Of a DNA stretch of 64,000 bases, positions 58,852 through 64,000 are shown piece by piece. The first letter of the stretch is position 1; every line of letters begins with the position of its first letter. The notes under the pieces were generated by a model, which saw nothing but the letters and a program-made list of their open reading frames with translations, ran no database searches and was not told the origin of the DNA. The translations under genes and the position numbers were made by a program. This DNA comes from Escherichia phage ECP2301. The stretch lies in the sequence record OR880646.1; one strand, 5' to 3'.

Positions 58852-58881
58852 ATTATACCACAGTCAAGAGGAAAAGTAAAC
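58852..58881 (-). promoter_or_regulatory. early promoter (GTTTAC / TATAAT) upstream of regB
   Basis: 18-bp spacing, followed by GAGGAGA SD. Confidence 0.55.
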
Positions 58882-58883
58882 AG

Positions 58884-59162
58884 TTATTCTTTAAATCTAA
58901 TCAATTTATTCATAGACTTTGAAACTTCTGCACGGACCTCATGTAGGTTTTTAAGCTGTTCAAGACGTTGCTCATAGTAAGCAATTTCATCTTCTTCTAG
59001 ACAGTCCTGTGAATCTTCTTTAAGATAACGTGCATAGTCCTGGAAAGCTTTACGGACTACTTCCTGGAAGTCATCAAGACTTTGAATTTTCTTAGGAGCA
59101 ACAGATACACGACGGTCTGCTGCATAATAATGAGTACCAAAACCTGATAGCAATTGTGCCAT
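58884..59162 (-). CDS. hypothetical protein, 92 aa
   Basis: Start moved to ATG overlapping upstream stop. Confidence 0.4.
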   Translation of the reverse strand: MAQLLSGFGTHYYAADRRVSVAPKKIQSLDDFQEVVRKAFQDYARYLKEDSQDCLEEDEIAYYEQRLEQLKNLHEVRAEVSKSMNKLIRFKE

Positions 59163-59458
59163 TAATATTTTTCCTCTGGTTGGAACACAGCACGACAAGC
59201 CCACATACTGGCTTCTTTGAGTTTCGTTTTAGCAATAGTTAACTGATCGAGGCTTTCAGCATAATTCTTCGCGAATTCACAGTCTTCACAATTATCCAGT
59301 GCTTCCCAAAATTCATCGTATAAAGCGTCAAAGATAAGTCCTAAACGAACTTCAGCATCTTTGATAGCATTCACTTTACCGATTTTCTCTTCAGTATGTG
59401 GCTTATAACCTTTAATATCTTCAATCATATTTGACTTCCTCACCAGTACATAAATCAT
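59162..59458 (-). CDS. hypothetical acidic protein, about 98 aa
   Basis: ORF; start uncertain (alternative ATG at 59428). Confidence 0.35.
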   Translation of the reverse strand: MIYVLVRKSNMIEDIKGYKPHTEEKIGKVNAIKDAEVRLGLIFDALYDEFWEALDNCEDCEFAKNYAESLDQLTIAKTKLKEASMWACRAVFQPEEKY

Positions 59459-59642
59459 ATTCAACTAAACGAATAGGTTCATGAATGCCATATCCTTGAA
59501 CAGAAATTTCTGTCGTAGGATAAATTCCATCAATATCACCCATGGTCCACGCTTCATTAAATTGCTGTTCGCCTGAATTACTAAACCACTCGGCGAAAGC
59601 ATTTAACACATCTTTAGAACCTTCAATAATTATCTTTGCCAT
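59421..59642 (-). CDS. hypothetical protein, 73 aa
   Basis: ORF, ATG start. Confidence 0.4.
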   Translation of the reverse strand: MAKIIIEGSKDVLNAFAEWFSNSGEQQFNEAWTMGDIDGIYPTTEISVQGYGIHEPIRLVEYDLCTGEEVKYD

Positions 59643-60004
59643 TACAGACTCTCAGTAAAGGTACGAGCGATAACGTCGCGCTGCTGTTCCGGAGTCAGAG
59701 AGTTAAAGCGAACTGCATAACCGGATACACGGATGGTCAGCTGCGGATATTTTTCCGGATGCTTAACTGCATCTTCAAGAGTTTCACGACGCAGAACGTT
59801 TACGTTCAAGTGTTGACCACCTTCAATTTTAACTGTAGGCTGTGGTTCAATTTCAATTTCACGGGCATGCAAACCGTAGAAAATTTCTGGGTCTACAAAA
59901 GAGTCCTCTTTAAAGGTTTTAGAAACAATAATTCGTGCTTGAATACCATCTTCAAAATAAATAGTACCTTTATGTGTGCCTTCAAGAATTTGATATGCTT
60001 TCAT
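59642..60004 (-). CDS. autonomous glycyl radical cofactor (GrcA/YfiD-like), 120 aa
   Basis: C-terminal ...[60 protein letters not shown] matches E. coli GrcA and the PFL glycyl-radical motif RVSGY. Confidence 0.85.
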   Translation of the reverse strand: MKAYQILEGTHKGTIYFEDGIQARIIVSKTFKEDSFVDPEIFYGLHAREIEIEPQPTVKIEGGQHLNVNVLRRETLEDAVKHPEKYPQLTIRVSGYAVRFNSLTPEQQRDVIARTFTESL

Positions 60005-60010
60005 ATAACC

Positions 60011-60340
60011 TCAATTAGAAAATAAATTTATCCAAGACTGTTCTTTAATTAAAAATGGCTCAGAATCATATGCCATTAAACTTTGGGTGATTAGTCCTTT
60101 AAAAGGACCATCAATAAATTCCATGGTAAAATATGGAATTTTATTCATTAATCTTGCATTAGGAGCAGTACACAAAACTCTGCATCCTTTGAATACACCT
60201 TTTTGTAATTTGTATTGCTTATGATAAAATTCGCTCAAGACGTTGTTATTTGCCAAAATTTCAAAATGATTCACCAATTTATTTTTAATAGTTTTTGGCG
60301 AAAAATAAAGATATTCGAAAAGCTGTGTGTCTGTCATCAT
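60011..60340 (-). CDS. hypothetical protein, 109 aa
   Basis: Start moved to ATG overlapping upstream stop (ATGA). Confidence 0.4.
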   Translation of the reverse strand: MMTDTQLFEYLYFSPKTIKNKLVNHFEILANNNVLSEFYHKQYKLQKGVFKGCRVLCTAPNARLMNKIPYFTMEFIDGPFKGLITQSLMAYDSEPFLIKEQSWINLFSN

Positions 60341-60924
60341 TGCATTCCGATTACGAAAAACTGCGGACGAGTAATACCACCAATGCAACATTTAATATTA
60401 CAGCAGTAGTGTACAGTGTCAATATGGACGCTATAAATCTTATCCATATCAGGAGATTTAACAGGCTCATCGATTATATACAAAATCCGCGAAAGCGATA
60501 AACCTCTGAACTTGCTTCCTTTATTACCGATAAAACTACGGACAGAATCAGTAAATAAGCGGAATCGAATATCATCACTAGAATAACGAGAAAATTCTTT
60601 TTTAATGTGGCCTGCAGAAATTTTAGCGTAAGCTGAAGTATTAGAAAGAACAATAACTGTTCCACCATCATACAGCCAATTAGCAGCAAAGTTAGTCACA
60701 GCAGTTGATTTACCAGATTGACGTCCACCATCTAGTCGAAGTGTACAATATTGTTTAAGCAAGTCTTCAAATGGTGGGATATAATCGTTTTTACAAATTT
60801 CTTCTACTCTAGCATCAGAATGGTGTGTAAAAGCATTCATCAGGGATAGATAAGGGCCAGTTAAAAATGTTCTCATTTTATTATCTCTAAATTTGGGCCA
60901 TTCCATGGCGCATGAATTGTCCAT
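60337..60924 (-). CDS. small P-loop NTPase (Walker A GGRQSGKST, Walker B ILYIIDEP), 195 aa
   Basis: ORF with Walker motifs, next to the internal-protein gene. Confidence 0.45.
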   Translation of the reverse strand: MDNSCAMEWPKFRDNKMRTFLTGPYLSLMNAFTHHSDARVEEICKNDYIPPFEDLLKQYCTLRLDGGRQSGKSTAVTNFAANWLYDGGTVIVLSNTSAYAKISAGHIKKEFSRYSSDDIRFRLFTDSVRSFIGNKGSKFRGLSLSRILYIIDEPVKSPDMDKIYSVHIDTVHYCCNIKCCIGGITRPQFFVIGMQ

Positions 60925-61030
60925 TTTCTGTATTTACCCATTACCGCACTCAGGCTCGACCTTATTACAGGTTGGCGGGAATCCCTCATAGAATCATGAG
61001 GTCCAGCTTGTTCCCATATTTCTTATTTGC

Positions 61031-61504
61031 TTATTTGAATGATTTGACGTACTGAATAGAGCCTTTGCTATTCACGAAAGCGATTTTACCATTTTTGTTA
61101 TACATGGTAGCAGTACGCTGATAACCATAAGTTTGCTTACCAGATTGATAACCAACTAATGCAAAATTATCTTCACCCATTTTATTCTGCTTCGCGCGGA
61201 TACGTTCATGACCGTGCGCCATAAGAACCTTAGCATCGCCAGTTGAAATTGATCTACGAGTTTTTTCATCTTCAACTGTACTAACAAAGTCGTCAAATGA
61301 ATCAAATTTAGCATGAGATTTATTATACAGTTTTCCATCTACTGCATAATTATATCCCTGTACATCCATCTCAACTTCTGTACCATCATCCAATACAGCA
61401 GTGATTTTTTGACCTTTTTTAAATTTCAAAAGATCAGTAAAAGATTCAGCAATAATTTGAGAATTAATAGCTGCTTCAGTGATAAATTCTTGATATGTTT
61501 TCAT
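61031..61504 (-). CDS. phage internal protein with capsid targeting sequence (MKTYQEFITEA), 157 aa
   Basis: N-terminal 11 residues match the T4 IP capsid-targeting consensus MKTYQEFIAEA; length differs from T4 IPII/IPIII. Confidence 0.65.
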   Translation of the reverse strand: MKTYQEFITEAAINSQIIAESFTDLLKFKKGQKITAVLDDGTEVEMDVQGYNYAVDGKLYNKSHAKFDSFDDFVSTVEDEKTRRSISTGDAKVLMAHGHERIRAKQNKMGEDNFALVGYQSGKQTYGYQRTATMYNKNGKIAFVNSKGSIQYVKSFK

Positions 61505-61513
61505 GTGTTTCCT

Positions 61514-61930
61514 TTAAATGTAAATATTTTTACCGTAGTATTTATACCAGTGTGGCTTCATTAAAATTTTTTCATCGAGTCGTTGTTGACTCAATTTAAT
61601 AGCTGATTTGCATGGATTATAATCATTTTTCCATTCTGCTGGAATATCGCTGATGTCAGGAACTTCAGTATCTTTTATACTAAACCCACGTTTTAAGCAT
61701 TCCGTTATAATGTCTGATTGACGCTTTCGCAAAAATTCTAACTTATCATAAAAGAACGTAACATGACCAGAACCTAAAATAAACTCGGAAGATATTTTAA
61801 AATCTTTAACCCGTTTACCATTTGCAACATGTTTACGAACTATACCAAAAACACGCGGCAGTTCACGGTATTCTGCGATTAAATGTTGATCAGCAAGTTC
61901 AGATACTAAAGTCAAATTAATACGAGTCAT
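61514..61930 (-). CDS. denV: endonuclease V (pyrimidine dimer DNA glycosylase), 138 aa
   Basis: N-terminus [29 protein letters not shown] and 138 aa match T4 DenV as I recall it. Confidence 0.9.
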   Translation of the reverse strand: MTRINLTLVSELADQHLIAEYRELPRVFGIVRKHVANGKRVKDFKISSEFILGSGHVTFFYDKLEFLRKRQSDIITECLKRGFSIKDTEVPDISDIPAEWKNDYNPCKSAIKLSQQRLDEKILMKPHWYKYYGKNIYI

Positions 61931-61955
61931 TTTATCCCTCCAAGTAACTGTGAAT

Positions 61956-61985
61956 ATATTATCACAATTCTAGGAGAAAGTAAAC
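61956..61985 (-). promoter_or_regulatory. early promoter-like element upstream of denV (GTTTAC, degenerate -10)
   Basis: GTTTAC 18 bp from TAATAT-like -10. Confidence 0.35.
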
Positions 61986-61989
61986 AACT

Positions 61990-62520
<531 letters not shown>

Positions 62521-62962
62521 TTAAAAGAGGCTGTTCATTATTCGGTAAAGTGAAGGGCCCATCACATATTGCCACTGAGTACGAGGAATAAGAGCAAAAG
62601 CATCCATCTCTGGAATCATAACGCCATCTTTATTTTCAAAATAAGACTCACAACGGCAATTTCTAAACATCTCATGCTCTACTGGAATCGTATAATAAAA
62701 TAACTGTAAGTCTTTATTACTAGAATATTTAAATACACCTAGGTCTTCTATAAGGTCTGGATTATAATTGCTAAAGCCAGTCTCTTCTAAGCATTCTCTT
62801 CGTGCTGCATCTAGTGCGCTTAAATCAGAACTTTCTACACGCCCCCTTTGGAATATCCCAGCGATGTGTCATCATTCCAGGCTTACGAGAACCAGTAACT
62901 CGTCCCATAAATAAATCTTTATCTTCTGTCATAAAGATAATACCAGCTGATAGTGTTTTCAT
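62521..62962 (-). pseudogene. nudE: NUDIX hydrolase gene interrupted by a +1 frameshift in a G5 run
   Basis: Frame 1 gives MKTLSAGIIFMTEDKDLFMGRVTGSRKPGMMTHRWDIPKG then stops after 45 codons; removing one G restores RVESSDLSALDAARRECLEETGF (Nudix box) and the rest of the protein to the stop at 62521. Confidence 0.7.
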
Positions 62963-63447
62963 TTTAATTTCCTGCATTCAGTGATAAAGTTATTTAAATT
63001 TTGAGTATATTTCTTTTCATCAAAAATCTTTTGCTGCCTACGTAACCGCCATGGCATTTCAATGAACACGCACCATATTCCTGATAGTACTGCTGCTGTA
63101 AAAATATTAACAAGTATAATTAAAAGAATCCAATCTTCCGTTCTGCCTACTGGACTTTCTCCAAAGAAGCAAAATACAAATGATGTCACAGGAAAACTAA
63201 TAATATACCACAGAATAACCTTCTTATCTGTGAACCAATCAGCGTTCGTTAACTTAGCACGACCATTTTGAATACACACGAATTTATCATCTGTTACAGT
63301 AGATGGCTTAACTGCTTGATATCCCATTCTAAACTCCCTAATTAATCGTTTCTTTGTATCTTCAGAACAGCCGCTCCAGTCAACTCTATCAACTGAAATG
63401 CCATCGTCCCCATCATCTAAATCATACCAGCGAGTTTTTAAAATCAT
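62959..63447 (-). CDS. membrane protein, 162 aa
   Basis: Hydrophobic helices; C-terminus ...FITECRKLK similar to next ORF; stop overlaps nudE start. Confidence 0.45.
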   Translation of the reverse strand: MILKTRWYDLDDGDDGISVDRVDWSGCSEDTKKRLIREFRMGYQAVKPSTVTDDKFVCIQNGRAKLTNADWFTDKKVILWYIISFPVTSFVFCFFGESPVGRTEDWILLIILVNIFTAAVLSGIWCVFIEMPWRLRRQQKIFDEKKYTQNLNNFITECRKLK

Positions 63448-63806
63448 TTAATTTTCCTACAATCACTCACAAACTCTTCCATTGATTCTTTTTCAATATA
63501 AGACATGTAGTTATTATATTCCTTTAATTGTATTTTGTAATCCTTTTTTCTTTGCCAATTTATTTTAAAATTATCATAATGAAAATATAACATGGTACCA
63601 AAGAATGAAAATAATGAAATCGCTATAGTATAATGAAGTTCACTCCAAACTTCTATTATATTTACTGTGCCGTCGATATTTAAAATAAGACAGTCAATTA
63701 ACAATCCAATAAGACTACCCGCAAGAGCTGCAGCCAACGCCACAGCAAAAATTAAAAATGACTCAGGAAGCGAATATTTGACTTTATTTAGTTTTGGCTT
63801 TTGCAT
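63444..63806 (-). CDS. membrane protein, 120 aa (paralog of 62959..63447)
   Basis: Two TM helices; C-terminus ...FVSDCRKIK. Confidence 0.45.
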   Translation of the reverse strand: MQKPKLNKVKYSLPESFLIFAVALAAALAGSLIGLLIDCLILNIDGTVNIIEVWSELHYTIAISLFSFFGTMLYFHYDNFKINWQRKKDYKIQLKEYNNYMSYIEKESMEEFVSDCRKIK

Positions 63807-64000
63807 CGTGATTCCTTAACAAATTTCATAATTTCATCAAATTCATACGCAGCAAGTTTAAGCTGGTGTTCCTTTTTAATCTTTTTACACTGTGCTTTCC
63901 AATCACGTACGCGTTTACGATAATGTCTTCCTTGATACCAGTATCCTACCCAATTTACGGGTACTAATAAAAGTGGAACTATTAATGGAAGAATTAGCAT
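63788..64000 (-). CDS. membrane protein, possibly truncated at window edge
   Basis: ORF reaches the last base of the window; N-terminus may lie outside. Confidence 0.3.
   Translation of the reverse strand: MLILPLIVPLLLVPVNWVGYWYQGRHYRKRVRDWKAQCKKIKKEHQLKLAAYEFDEIMKFVKESRCKSQN

Overview
This window reads as the left ~64 kb of a T-even (T4-like) myovirus genome: the early/middle replication, recombination and nucleotide-metabolism region, running from rIIA (12..2189) to lysozyme e (61990..62484) and the ORFs just beyond. Almost every gene is on the minus strand in a tightly packed array with frequent 1-8 nt start/stop overlaps. Recognisable products include rIIA, a single-ORF topoisomerase gene 39, DexA, Dda, Soc, gp56, primase gp61, Spackle, Dmd, helicase gp41, UvsX, gp42, Imm, DNA polymerase gp43, RegA, clamp loader gp62/gp44, clamp gp45, gp46/gp47, alpha-glucosyltransferase, gp55, NrdH/NrdG/NrdD, endonuclease VII, NrdC, RI, thymidine kinase, RegB, a GrcA-like glycyl-radical protein, DenV and lysozyme. 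Assignments rest on my recollection of T4 protein sequences, lengths and gene order; no database search was run. The phage is not T4 itself: the lysozyme differs from the T4 sequence as I recall it at several residues, gene 39 is unsplit, nrdD is uninterrupted, and no homing-endonuclease-like ORF was seen. I found no tRNA, rRNA, CRISPR array or integrase. Non-coding signal is dominated by repeated sigma70-type early promoters (-35 GTTTAC, 18-bp spacer, -10 TATAAT/TACTAT), UUCG-tetraloop hairpin terminators, TATAAATA late promoters before soc and e, and the gene 43 translational operator hairpin. The main second-look items are a frameshifted nudE, an unannotated 54-aa ORF with a capsid-targeting-like N-terminus upstream of the primase, a rearranged internal-protein locus next to denV, and a non-T4-type glucosyltransferase at the beta-gt position. 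Regulatory-element coordinates are approximate (about +/-2 nt); many CDS starts were moved from the ORF track to the first plausible ATG.
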